A DNA stretch of 63,915 nucleotides, counting the filler, from Octopus bimaculoides (lineage: Eukaryota), in the NCBI RefSeq assembly GCF_001194135.2. It is 8 parts of 7 records of this genome, joined end to end, with 100 filler letters (N's around TTAATTAATTAA, not from the genome) between each part and the next. Parts side by side here need not be neighbours in the genome. Positions count along the whole stretch, not along the records: positions 11,993 to 30,176 come from NC_068983.1; positions 30,277 to 40,980 come from NC_069005.1; 6 more parts are not named here. One strand, 5' to 3'. How positions within the stretch are numbered: the first letter of the stretch is position 1; the number at the start of each line of letters is the position of its first letter. The notes under the pieces are model-generated. The model was not told where the DNA came from. It made no database searches and was given only the letters and a program-made list of their open reading frames with translations. Below are positions 25,151 to 36,414 of the stretch, piece after piece. The translations under genes were made by a program, and so were the position numbers.

Positions 25151-25573
25151 AATATCAAAGTGAGACGATGATTCGTCTCAGCATGGTCAACGAGAGCACC
25201 AGATAAATTTCATACTTTTGGGGCTTTTTGCGTACTCGCAGACAGATCCTAGCTCGTACGAGAATTTGTCGTCTCTGGTATAAGAGAATAAAGTTGCGAA
25301 AAGCCACCAAGCTGATGAAAATTCCGGTATATGCAACTGAGTAAGTAATTAATCAAAATAGACATCTATATGTCATACTTAATGTATATACACTGTCGAT
25401 AAGCCAGTTACTGCATCATTTGCCCCGAGAGTTTTCATATCAGAGATGACGAATTCTCGACCGAGCATGGGTTCGCTGTGAGTAGGTGTCATTGAGAAGC
25501 CACCAAATACCACAATGCAACTGTTGCTCAGGTTAGTCGCCACTGTAACGAACTTTCGTCTCTCTCTGATATT
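25151..25573. mobile_element. Two diverged ~130-bp TIR-bounded mini-elements in opposite orientation
   Basis: A motif like ATATCAGAGA(T/G)GACGAA(T/A)T recurs at 25151-25176 (forward), 25260-25281 (reverse), 25437-25458 (forward) and 25548-25573 (reverse). The interiors align in reverse complement. Confidence 0.55.
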
Positions 25574-25712
25574 TATTGTGTTTTTAACACAGCAAGATAT
25601 TATCTCGAGACAAATACGTCAGTAACAGACTTATCGATATCGATACTGAGTAGATATTTAGCATGAAACATGGATGGCATGTGTGTGTGTTTGTGCGCGC
25701 GCTCGCGTGTGT

Positions 25713-25758
<46 letters not shown>

Positions 25759-25857
25759 AATATACACGCACACACAATAGATATATACATGCATAATGTA
25801 CTACCTACCTACAAACATACGGACATCCATACATCCATCTATCTATCTATACATACA

Positions 25858-25888
<31 letters not shown>

Positions 25889-26226
25889 TCTGTAGTTGTA
25901 TAGGCACAGAAAGAGCTGTGCAGGTGTAGATACGGCTGTGTGGTTAATTGTTCGCTTCGCAACTCCGTATATCCATCCATTCAACAATCCACACATACAT
26001 ACATACAAGTATGCATGCTATAGTGATGTACAATGCTATCCATAAGAAACAACAGCAGCTGTGGCTTTGATTACATGCAATCCTTTTAACACGAGAATTA
26101 TTGTTAGGACGTTCCAATTAATATATCTGTGAGTGCAAAAGCTTTATATAGTCATTTACATCCATAATTACATCATATTATGGCGTTCAGCTGCCCACCG
26201 GATGTGAAAATATCATTCATATATAG

Positions 26227-26452
26227 TTAACAAAGAGGACTTTACTTGAGAACTGGTTCGAAAACTACAACCTCTTGCTAGATTATAAATTTTAATTTTT
26301 CTCCATTATTACAGTTAAACATGTTTATGTTAATAAGTGCTTAATTAATTAAACATGTTTGACTGTAATAATGGAGAAACAATTAAAATTTTATAATCTA
26401 GCAAGTGGTTGTAAATTTCGAACCAGTTTTCTAGTAAAGTCCTCTTTGTTAA
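26227..26452. mobile_element. Hairpin MITE / long inverted repeat
   Basis: Arms 26227-26327 and 26350-26452, about 90% complementary, with a 22-nt spacer. Confidence 0.85.
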
Positions 26453-26622
26453 TTAACTTAATTAATTGAATAGACAACGCAACGGATGGATGACATCATC
26501 CATGGTCAGCCATGACCGACGGAGGCCTACGATATGCTTAATTAATTAATCTATGAAAGCTAAGAGTCAATATATTTTACACGAATTCTGTAATTCAATA
26601 AATAGACCAGACATCGTTACAT

Positions 26623-26968
26623 GCGCAGGCGTGGCCGTGTGGTAAGTAGTTTGTTTCCCAACCACATGATTCCTGGTTCAGTCCCACTGCGTGACAACTT
26701 ACGCAAGTATCTTCTACTGAAAGAAACCTGTCATGTGTATGTGTGTATCAATGTGTCTGTGTATTTGTGCTTGTGTTTGTTTCTTATCTTCACCACTTGA
26801 CAGCCGGTGTAGGATTATTAACGTTCCTGTAACTTAGCGGTTATCGATAGAATAAGTTCCAGGTTTAAAACCATATGAGTACTGAGATCGATTCGGTCGC
26901 CTAAAACCTTTCAAGAGTGTGCCCCAGCATGATCGCACTCCAATGACTGAATCAAAATAAAGATAAAA
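26623..26968 (+). mobile_element. SINE family A, older copy with an internal deletion
   Basis: GCGCAGGCGTGGCCGTGTGG head and CCCCAGCATGATCGCAC...AATGACTGAA tail. Confidence 0.75.
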
Positions 26969-27839
26969 ACTTTGACCCTTTATTATAAATGTTATATAAA
27001 TTTCGACCATGTAACAGTTTTTCTTGGAAACCTTCTCTTCTCACATGATTTCAAAGAATTAAATAAGACATATAATAAGTTAAATACAGGCATACCTCAT
27101 CTTACGTTGTACTGAGTTACGTCTTGTTCGACTTTACGCCGCTCTTTTATATCAATCGATTTATTCAACAGTACCTAGGTCTCAGTGAGCATATTTAAAA
27201 TCATAAAAGAAAACAGCTAAAAGCCAATACTTAAAGTGGGAAATCAAATAAAATACATGTGAAAATATATACAAACGGTAAATAATTTTTTGATGTTTTT
27301 CGTGTTACGTCGTTTTTCGATTTGAGGTCGCATGTCTTATTACCGACGTAATTTGAAGTATGCCTGTATAGGGTTCGACATATCAGTAATTTTACAAATG
27401 TTTCGAAGGCATATGTGCATATTCATACGAATGCGTGCACCCATTCACAACACATTTACGCATTCACACAGTCACACAAAGGCATAAGAACATAGTTTAT
27501 CAGCATGCACATAAATCAATGCTTATACGTTTGTGCATATATGCACGCTTTCTACACATGCAAGTCAGAAACACACGCATACACACACACACACACACAC
27601 ACACTAACATGGCTGTCTGTACAAATATCGAATTTCACAGAGGGAGTTGCTATAAATTTTCAGTCACCGCTGACTTCCATTTTCACAGCGCCATTTGCTT
27701 TATTTCTTCCATTTCTGTTGAGGTCATTAGACGCAATGCCTGATGGGAAATGAACGGTAGCAATTTCTTTTGGAAGCTCTGCCAATCAATGATCACAGTA
27801 TCAGATTAGAATCAGATTTGCTGTTTTTTTTATATTTTC

Positions 27840-27909
27840 CCTCCCACCTCTCTCTCTCATACACGCACACACACACACACACACACACTCTCTCTCTTTC
27901 TCTCTCCTT

Positions 27910-27957
<48 letters not shown>

Positions 27958-28054
27958 CTGCTAATATCTAACAGTGTACTTACTCCACTTAGGCCAAGTA
28001 TTTATCTATTTTTTCTTTCCCTCTTCCTCCCCTGCACATTCTGTCGTCATTTGT

Positions 28055-28094
<40 letters not shown>

Positions 28095-28660
28095 GACACA
28101 CAAACATACAACCACATGCTACACACATACATATACTTCCTCTTCTCGTGTCTATGCCTTGTGTCTATTTGTCTCTTTTACTTCTACTCCATCCTCTCAC
28201 TGTTCTCTTACTTTCTCTCTCTCTCTCTCTCTCATCCTCTCTCCCTCATCATCTCTTTCTCTCTCTCTTTCCACTCCCATCGACCAGTTAAATTTCACCT
28301 CTTTCTATCTCTCTATCTCTCCCTCTCTCCCTCTCTTTCACGTTCTCCTCTGCCCTTACTCCGTCCTTTCTTTTTATCGCCTCGCTTTCTCTATCTCCCA
28401 CTCGTACTCTTTTACAATCATTCTCTCCCAACCTTATTCACGTCATTTTCCTTTCCATTTTTCATTTCTCACACTTTCAACCTATTTCTAACTATTCCTC
28501 CACTTCTTTCTCTCCCTCCCTCTCTCTCTTCCTTTCTCTCGTCTTCTCTCTCTCTCTCCCACCTCTCTATCTCCCTCCCGTTCTCTCTCTCTCTCTCTGT
28601 CTCTCTTTCCCTCCCTGGAAATTCTTCCCCCTCAGTTTTCATTCCCTCCTTTTTTGTTTC
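27840..28660 (+). repeat. Long polypyrimidine (CT-rich) tract with embedded (CA)n
   Basis: About 800 bp strongly C/T-biased on +, built from (CT)n and degenerate derivatives. Confidence 0.85.
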
Positions 28661-28816
28661 CTTATATTCTCCTCACCACGAAAGTTATTTATGGCATCTA
28701 CTTACCATGCTTACACACATTTTTCACAGCAAACTTGTCAGTGAACATATATTTAGGTATATATACATACATGCGCCTGTAGACATGTGTGTATGTGTGT
28801 GCATATGTGTGTGCGG

Positions 28817-28867
<51 letters not shown>

Positions 28868-28899
28868 CTGCTTTTCATATCATTTGATGCCTTCCAGTT

Positions 28900-29665
28900 G
28901 AGAAGGAGCTGGTTTCTAACAAAGATATAAAACTTCATCGCTGGGACGTAGATAACGAAAATAATGTCATGTTTTGAACTTAAAAAAAGTCTTGCATATT
29001 TTTACTGTTCCGCTTACATGTGGTATTTCTAATGTGCGTGTTAACTGGTTACTGTCTTTTTCTGAAAAGCTTAGCTTATCCAGATTGCCACTTAGACATT
29101 TACTCACAAAGCAAAATGCAACAATTATTAATATTATTAATATAAATGTGAATCTATAACCTTAATATAGAAGCTGGACATTTCAAAGCACTTATCAGTA
29201 TTTATCCACTTTTTCTATAATTTTCGAAGAGATATTCTCATCCGCAGGGCAGGGGACGTCTATGACGGTACATACTTTTTCTTGTCTGTCCCAGACAACG
29301 ATATCCGGCCTGTTATGTATGCATTTGATAGAAATTTTGATGGGACTGATCCACCAATATTTCTTGTGTTGATGTTCATGTATGCATTCAATAACTGAGA
29401 GCTCACTATATTTATCCCAGATCAGTCTCTTTTATCCATGACATTGCATATTGTTTTAGCGAAAGTATCGTGGGAGGTAGTGCCTTAATGACATTTTTGA
29501 GTAGCAGCTGATCACTTTTGCGATGTGACACAATCGACATTGTCAGTTGGATCTTAGGGCTCCAAGGACTTTGCTGCCTCTTTTGTTTATTATGTATTTT
29601 GTAGCAATTTCTGGTTCTTGGATGAATAGCCTTCGAAATGTGATGTGATGCAGCGACCACGAGTC
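28900..29665 (-). pseudogene. 3' fragment of an R4/Dong-like RLE non-LTR retrotransposon (zinc knuckle + restriction-like endonuclease + 3'UTR)
   Basis: LFIQEPEIATKY, QCRLCH..VISCYSKMSLRHYLP, HNRPDIVVWDRQEKVCTVIDVPCPADENISSKIIEKVDKY (PD..D motif), LDKLSFS..SGTVKICKTF. Confidence 0.78.
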
Positions 29666-29714
29666 CATGAAAGGCAACCTCACATGACTATATTACTCTA
29701 TATATATAAAGCGA

Positions 29715-29925
29715 CCAGTTCGCAGAATGGATAGCACGTAGGACAAAATACTTAGTGGCATTTCGCTCGTCTTTATACTCTGAGTTCAAATACCATCGCC
29801 GTCGATTTTGGCTTTCTTCCTTTCGAGATCGATAAAATACGTATTAGTTGAACACTGGAGTCGATGAAATCCACAAGCCCCCTCCCCGACAATTTCATGC
29901 CTTGTGCGTATAGTAAAGAAGATAA
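29715..29925 (+). mobile_element. SINE family B, old copy
   Basis: CTGAGTTCAAATACC..GTCGATTTTGGCTTTC..GCCTTGTGCGTATAGT. Confidence 0.6.
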
Positions 29926-30176
29926 TACTCTATGTATTTATGTATATACGTATGTATAAATACATATATCTATACTATATATAAAACAGATGTGCGTGTA
30001 ATCGCTTTTCACGTGAAATCGACTTCACCAAATGCTTCCATACTTGTAATGCATGAATAATTTGACATCGGATAAATCTTAGGCTCTTCATTTGATTTTT
30101 TTAAAATTAAAAATAAATAATATCGCTTTATATTTAAGATTCACTTCTTTAAAAAGGTTCCTCAATGTCAACTTCC

Positions 30177-30276
30177 NNNNNNNNNNNNNNNNNNNNNNNN
30201 NNNNNNNNNNNNNNNNNNNNTTAATTAATTAANNNNNNNNNNNNNNNNNNNNNNNNNNNNNNNNNNNNNNNNNNNN
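30177..30276. other. Artificial scaffold spacer
   Basis: 44 N + TTAATTAATTAA (30221-30232) + 44 N. Confidence 0.95.
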
Positions 30277-30726
30277 CTTCGATACTAGTCCACCACAACT
30301 TCCGGTCGTTGCGCGCATGCATACTGATTACATGATCGTATAGTGTGTTTATGTGTTTAAAGTTTCAGTTCGGATGGCACCTTACTCACTCGCACCTTGG
30401 CCACACGTTTGCCGCAGTACAAAGGCAAGAGCACCCATTCCTCTGTCCTTATTGCCTCTGTGGAGTGCTTTATTGTTTCCTCCTCCGTTGTGAAGCGCAC
30501 CTCCACAGTGGCGTATCTCCTCCCTATACTGATTACATGATCGTATAGTGTGTTTATGTGTTTAAAGTTTGAGAACTGTATGCATCTGAGGGGGAGAAGG
30601 TTTGAGTTTCTATTTAATGTTGTTTTTTCATATTTTCAAGTCATTGAAAAACAAACGCCCTATACAATCATGTAATCAGTATGCGTGCGCGCAACGACCG
30701 GAAGTTGTGGTGGACTAGTATCGAAG
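30277..30726. mobile_element. GC-rich element with at least 67-bp terminal inverted repeats and an internal 45-bp direct duplication
   Basis: 30277-30343 is the reverse complement of 30660-30726 with 2 mismatches. 30321-30365 is identical to 30526-30570. Confidence 0.75.
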
Positions 30727-31039
30727 GATCGCCGACATTTGTTACTGATACAGTAACACTAATGGGTGAAAAAGTGACTGTTGTGGTGAATGGGGTTGTA
30801 TAGTACAGGCTGAATGGGTAGGTGAATACAACAAACTAGTGGGATGAAGCAACGAGGGCAGAAGGCTGCCAGTTTCCAAACAGTAATACCTCACCGTGGA
30901 AGACAGGAAGCAAACAGCATTGCTTGTTTAGTGGTGATGCTCGTTTTCAATCATCACATAATATCAATACAAAGGTTATTGCACGCATGCACCTAATATC
31001 AAAACAATATCAATGCTGCATGCACACACACATACATCA

Positions 31040-31480
31040 TCATTATCATCGTTGTTTAACGTCCGCTTTCCATGCTAGCATGGGTTGGACGATTTGACTG
31101 AGGACTGGTGAAACCAGATGGCAACACCAGGCTCCAATCTGATTTGGCAGAGTTTCTACAGCTGGATGCCCTTCCTAACGCCAACCACTCAGAGAGTGTA
31201 GTGGGTGCTTTTACGTGTCACCCGCACGAAGGCCAGTCAGGCGGTACTGGCAATGGCCACGCTCCAAATGGTGTATTTTATGTGCCACCCGCACAAGAGC
31301 CAGTCCAAGGGCACTGGCAATGACCTCGCTCGAAAGTCCTTACACATGCCGCGGGCACAAGTGCCAGAAAGGCGAAGCTGGGCACAGGTGCCATCACGGT
31401 TTCGATTTCGCTTGCCCCAATAAGTCTTCGCAAGCTGAGTTTCGTGTCCAATGAAGGAGATGATGTTGGCATGGGTGCCA
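31040..31480 (-). mobile_element. SINE-like family C with (GAT)n tail
   Basis: The reverse strand reads TGGTTGGCGTTAGGAAGGGCATCCAGCTGTAGAAAC...GCATGGAAAGCGGACGTTAAAC followed by a (GAT)n-like tail. Confidence 0.8.
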
Positions 31481-31567
31481 GTCATCGAATTTAACTCGAT
31501 TTCGATATTATGTGGTAATACTTCAACAATTCGAAAATCACTCGATCAGTTAAGAGAGTAGAGATAG

Positions 31568-31727
31568 TCTTAAATTAAAAACCACAAATTTTGCAAATAG
31601 CTACTCAAGGTTTCCTGGTCGAAATAATTTATTCCACTGCTTTCAGCTTGATAAATTGCAGAATAAAATATTTCGTCGAGGAAACCCTGAATAGCTATTT
31701 GCTATTCTTGTGGTTTTTAATTTAAGA
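31568..31727. mobile_element. Hairpin MITE / inverted repeat
   Basis: Arms of about 66 bp (TCTTAAATTAAAACCACAA..GCAAATAGCTA(C/T)TCA(A/G)GGTTTCCT..CGAAATA..TTTATTC) around a ~24-nt spacer. Confidence 0.8.
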
Positions 31728-31984
31728 TTACTTACACACACGCACACACACAAAGGCTTCTTCCAGTTTATGTCTACCAAATTCACTCACAGGGCTTTGG
31801 CTATAGTTAATGACAAGATGTTATGCAGTAAGACTATGTGGCTGCGAAACAAGTTTCTTAATGTGTGTGCATAACATCCCTTCTCTTCCACATATAAAAT
31901 TGGAATGAGTTCAATGTCCCCAGCCTCAAATGATTGTTTTACTAACACCCACATTTTATATTATCAATCAGGTGCAGCAAATAA

Positions 31985-32212
31985 GAATACATATATAATC
32001 TTTTCTACTCTAGGCACAAGGCCCGAAATTTTTTGGGGAGGGGGCCAGTCGATTAGATCGACCCCATTACGCAACTGGTATTTAAGTTATCAACCCTGAA
32101 AGGATGAAAGGAAAATCAACCTTGGCGGAATTTGAACTCAGAACGTAAAGACAAACGAAATACCATGAAGTATTTCGCCCGGCGTGCTGACAATTCTGCC
32201 AGCTCTCCACCT
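31985..32212 (-). mobile_element. SINE family B copy
   Basis: Full reverse-complement match from head to tail. Confidence 0.75.
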
Positions 32213-32486
32213 TAGAATACATATATAATGCCATCGTTGTTTCCTTAAAACAAACTATAATTTCGACTAACCCCTTCCCCTACACATTGTTTCCCCTTCT
32301 TCAGTCAGACGTGATGCATAATCGTCTGATCATAAAATCCTCCTTACATGAAACACAGCCAAATTTTCACAATTTCATAAACACACACACACACACCTTG
32401 TTCCTCCTATTCAAAAAACATAAGAGACCCTAATTTTGGCTGTCAGCCCTCATTCATTTACGTGTTATTATTCATTATTATTTTAG

Positions 32487-32606
32487 GGTGATTATGACCA
32501 AGCTTTCCAGTATTACTATCAATCAACTCAGTTTGCACCCACCAGCTTTGTACTTCCATTCTTTGGCCTTGGGCAGATGTACATCTACCGTGGTGACAAT
32601 GAAAAT
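32487..32606 (+). CDS. CTR9: CTR9 internal exon A (120 nt, phase 0/0)
   Basis: [40 protein letters not shown], recognisable as the CTR9 TPR region. Flanked by ttttag and gtaagt. Confidence 0.95.
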
Positions 32607-33342
32607 GTAAGTACATAAGTCTAGCTGTCTGTGAATCGGAGGGTTCTTTTTTTTTTTTTTTTAAGTTTTTTAATTTATTTTGGTTTATTTTATTTTTACT
32701 TTTAATGATTTCTTTATTTTTTTTGTTGTTGTCTCATCAGTTGGTCTTTGGTTCCAGGCCAATCTTGACTGGGTGAAAAATATAAAAAATAGATTTTTTA
32801 TCAATTTTAAGAATGTCCACCATATTTTCCGGCATACAAATCAATATAGTAAATCGTGTAGACAATCAAATACCATCAACCTGTTTCCAAATCTTCCACT
32901 TGGAATTTTCAGTCTTCCAAAGTCATCTTGGTGTAAAAGTCAACCCACTCTTTTTTTGACTAAATTTTTGTCTGAATAATCCAACTTGTATACTGAAAAA
33001 TACAGTATTTAGTTGTTCAATCAACTAAACTCATTGAACTAACATAAGTGGCTGAGTATTCCAAAGACACATGAACTCTGAACACAAACTTGAAGTAGAG
33101 TCAGCATGTCACAGCTTATCTCTAGCGTTCAGATTATTCTGTCAAATGTGATGTTTATTTATTTAAATTGTTTTGAATTAATTGTGCATTATCTCGCTGC
33201 TTCAAGATTTCAACGATGTGATTGTTTACTTGTAGAATGAACCTTGTAGGCTATGTGTGAGAAGCTGAATCTGGCCAGTTTCAACATGAATTGATGATGG
33301 TGTATCTTGTTTTTCATTCTGTTGAATTTTTATTCCTTCTAG

Positions 33343-33459
33343 GCCGCCCTGTGTTTTGAGAAAGTCTTAAAAGCTCAACCTGGAAACTATGAAACTATGA
33401 AAATTTTAGGCTCTCTTTATGCCAATTCCGAAGATGTTGCCAAGAGAGATACTGCCAAA
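33343..33459 (+). CDS. CTR9: CTR9 internal exon B (117 nt, phase 0/0)
   Basis: [39 protein letters not shown]; AG and GTAAGT flanks. Confidence 0.95.
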
Positions 33460-33531
33460 GTAAGTAACCAATTTTGATTTCTATAGTAACCTATATAGTT
33501 ACTATTTTATTTTTTACCCACCAATTTACCT

Positions 33532-33689
33532 GAGTGTGGCTGTGTGGTAAGTAGCTTGCTTACCAACCACATGGTTTCGGGTTCAGTCCCACTGCATGGC
33601 ACCTTGGGCAAGTGTCTTCTATTATAGCCTTGGGCCGACCAAAGCCTTGTGAGTGGATTTGGTAGATGGAAACTGAAAGAAGCCCATCG

Positions 33690-33730
<41 letters not shown>

Positions 33731-33916
33731 ATATGTTTGTGTGTCTGTGTTTGTCCCCCCACCATCGCTTGACAACCGATGCTGGTGTGTTTATGTCCCC
33801 GTAACTTAGCGGTTCGGCAAAAGAGACCGATAGAATAAGTCCTGGGGTCGATTTGCTCGACTAAAGGCGGTGCTCCAGCATGGCCGCAGTCAAATGACTG
33901 AAACAAGTAAAAGAGT
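33532..33916 (+). mobile_element. SINE family A, intact, in a CTR9 intron
   Basis: Complete head, microsatellite core and GTAAAAGAGT tail. Confidence 0.88.
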
Positions 33917-34028
33917 AAGTACAATGACTCCAGCTTGGCCTGTCCTGTTCTGACTTTGTGTTTGTTGTGAGAACGGAGCAAGGGGGGATCTTGATTTTTT
34001 TTCTAACGTTTCCATTGATATATTTCAG

Positions 34029-34118
34029 CAACACCTCCGCAAGGTCACTGAACAGTTCCCGGAGGATGTTGAGGCCTGGATTGAATTAGCTCAGATTCTG
34101 GAACAAACTGATGTCTTG
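34029..34118 (+). CDS. CTR9: CTR9 internal exon C (90 nt, phase 0/0)
   Basis: [30 protein letters not shown]; tttcag and gtaagt flanks. Confidence 0.95.
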
Positions 34119-34144
34119 GTAAGTAAAGTATCGGAAGAGGAGGA

Positions 34145-34410
34145 GGAGGAGGAGGAAACTTGTGCTGTGTGGTTGTAGGTGGGAGGAGTTATGTTTTAGA
34201 GGAGGAGTTGTGATTGAATCTTGTGTTGCAGGAAGAGGAGAATTGTGAGGGAACCTTGTGCTGAGTGATGTGTTGCTGGGAGGAGATGTGATGGAACCTT
34301 GTGTTGGAGGAAGAGGAGTGATGTGTTGGAGGGAGAGGAGACTTGTGAGAGAACCTTGTGCTGTATGACTGTTGAGGAAGGAAGCATGAGGTGACATCTT
34401 GTGCTGATGT
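34145..34410 (+). repeat. Degenerate G/A-rich minisatellite (about 6 units, core TGA.GGAACCTTGTG(C/T)TG)
   Basis: The core recurs near 34152, 34210, 34245, 34288, 34345 and 34388. Confidence 0.65.
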
Positions 34411-34769
34411 GTGTGTGTGTGTATGTACACAAGATGAGTGCAGGTAGTATGTTAGTGGTGAGGGGTGGGGGCATGGTGATACATTGTTATATGGTGAGTG
34501 GAGTGGGGAGTGAGGAGAGTACATTGAAGAGAACAGAAAGAGATGAGTTGGGGAGAAGAGTGGGAACATGATGACATCGTGCAAGCCTGTGTATGTAGTG
34601 AATTGAGTGTATGAAGGTGCTTTGTTAGGCTGCAAGGGTGACTACACAATGTTGAATTCTGTGTGCATTGAGGAACCTGTATGATTACTGTTGCTGTTTA
34701 GCCTTAAATTATCCCTGATCAAACGGACTTATGATTAAAGGCATTCCAGTTATGACCATCTCGTCTTTT

Positions 34770-35112
34770 TCCTTTGTGCAGGAAACCCAGTAGGTGGCAT
34801 TAGGAAGGGCATCCAGCTGTAGCAACCATGCCGATGCAGACAGTAGAGCTTGGTGCAGTCTTCTGGCTTGCCAGCTCCTGTCAGACCATCCAACCCATGC
34901 TAGCATGGAAAAACAATCATTAAATGGCAGTAACAATAATGGTTTGAGAGACACTGTCATCATCATCATCATCATTTAGTGTCCGTTTTCCATGCTGGCA
35001 TGGGTTTGACTGGTTTGGTTGGGACTGGTAACCCAAAGAGCTGTACCAGCCTCCAGTATGGTTTGTCTTGGTTTCTACAGCTGGATGCCCTTCCTGATGC
35101 CAACCATGCCAA
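34770..35112. mobile_element. Two convergent family C fragments (34770-34915 +, 34960-35112 -)
   Basis: AGGAAGGGCATCCAGCTGTAG on + followed by its reverse complement CTACAGCTGGATGCCCTTCC. Confidence 0.7.
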
Positions 35113-35221
35113 GACCTTTTTTTCCAATTTGCTATTTCTAATAGATGAAGAAGCTCCCTTGTTATCCCATAGGAAATTGATTCCCTTTAGATGTAGAATT
35201 TTATGCTTTTCTTATTTACAG

Positions 35222-35350
35222 GGTGCCCTTTCGGCGTATGGCACTGCCACCAGAATTCTGAAAGATAAAGTTCAAGCTGATGTGCCACCCGAGATTCTTA
35301 ACAATGTGGCTGCCTTACATTTTAGAATTGGCAATTTCATGGAATCCAAG
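35222..35350 (+). CDS. CTR9: CTR9 internal exon D (129 nt, phase 0/0)
   Basis: [43 protein letters not shown]; ttacag and gtttgt flanks. Confidence 0.95.
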
Positions 35351-36129
35351 GTTTGTATTTTATGTAATTTTCCGTCTCATTTGCTATGATAAGCACTGTG
35401 ACAGCACCAATGATTTCTTGTTATTTTGTAAATTCACATTAAGTAAGGTGTACACAATGCTATTTTGAACTAACACTACTTCCATCACTAATAATGAACT
35501 TTTTACCAAGCCTGACAGCTATTTGTGAATCAATGTTTCTGTTAATCACTGTTTTTCTATATCGTTAGAGGCTAAATTTGTCTAAGCATACGGTTGCTAA
35601 GTCGATACATGCTGATGATGATGCACAAAGACGCAGAAATCCAGATTCAACAATTCCACTGCCACTGCTAGATGCTTTCCATCTACTGCTGAAAAATCAC
35701 TTGTGTTTTTTAGCACTATACACCTATAAGAGGTGGTGTCTCAAGACAAATATTGCAGTTTTGTGGCTTTCTACAATGTATCCACATTGAGTAATATATA
35801 CAGAATGCTTGGGGGCGGGGTGTATTTGACTTCATACATTTTGTAAACAATAACTGTGTTGGTTATAGATTTCTTAGTTGAGCAGGAATAGCAACCGGTT
35901 AACTGCATTTACAGTGACAAGGGAATGTCTGCAACTCACGTGGAAGAATTAACACATGGTATTTTTATGCAGTCCACTCGTTTATTGGTATTTTTGTCTC
36001 ACCAGTGTAGATTTTTCACTAGTGGTGCCCCAGCATGGCCACAGACTAATGACTGACACAAATAAGATATACACACACAAATGCACACATCTTTGTGTGT
36101 ATGTGTATGTATATGTTGGTCTTCTACAC

Positions 36130-36414
36130 CAGGGGTTTTCAAACTTTTTGACTTGCGGACCCCTTTATATTTCAGGCTTTACCTTATAAACGCTTATGAA
36201 ATTTACACATAAATATTTGCTTAAAATAACATATATTTTTACATTTATTTATTTAACAGTATTTAACAAAATAGGTTTATTGTCAATTAAAAGATTTCAA
36301 TTAAAAACATATATAGAATCAAATTGCCCATAAAAAGTATTTGCTGTCCACGGACCCCCTGTCTTGTCCTTGCAGACCCCCTATGGTCCGCGGACCACCG
36401 TTTGAAAACCCCTG
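36130..36414. mobile_element. hAT-superfamily MITE (285 bp) nested in a SINE A fragment
   Basis: Perfect 15-bp TIR CAGGGGTTTTCAAAC (36130-36144 / 36400-36414). 8-bp flanks TTCTACAC / GTCTACAC match at 7 of 8 positions. Confidence 0.88.

Noticed and set aside
26341-26549. TTAATTAATTAA at 26341-26352 and 26538-26549 read as assembly linkers
   Set aside because: They are not flanked by Ns and sit in natural AT-rich repeat sequence, so they are treated as genomic.
28900-28945. R4/Dong 3'UTR string GATGAAG...TAGAAACC(A/G)GCTC read as a hammerhead
   Set aside because: Both copies have C where U16.1 is required, and stems I and II do not form. Kept only as a conserved UTR motif.
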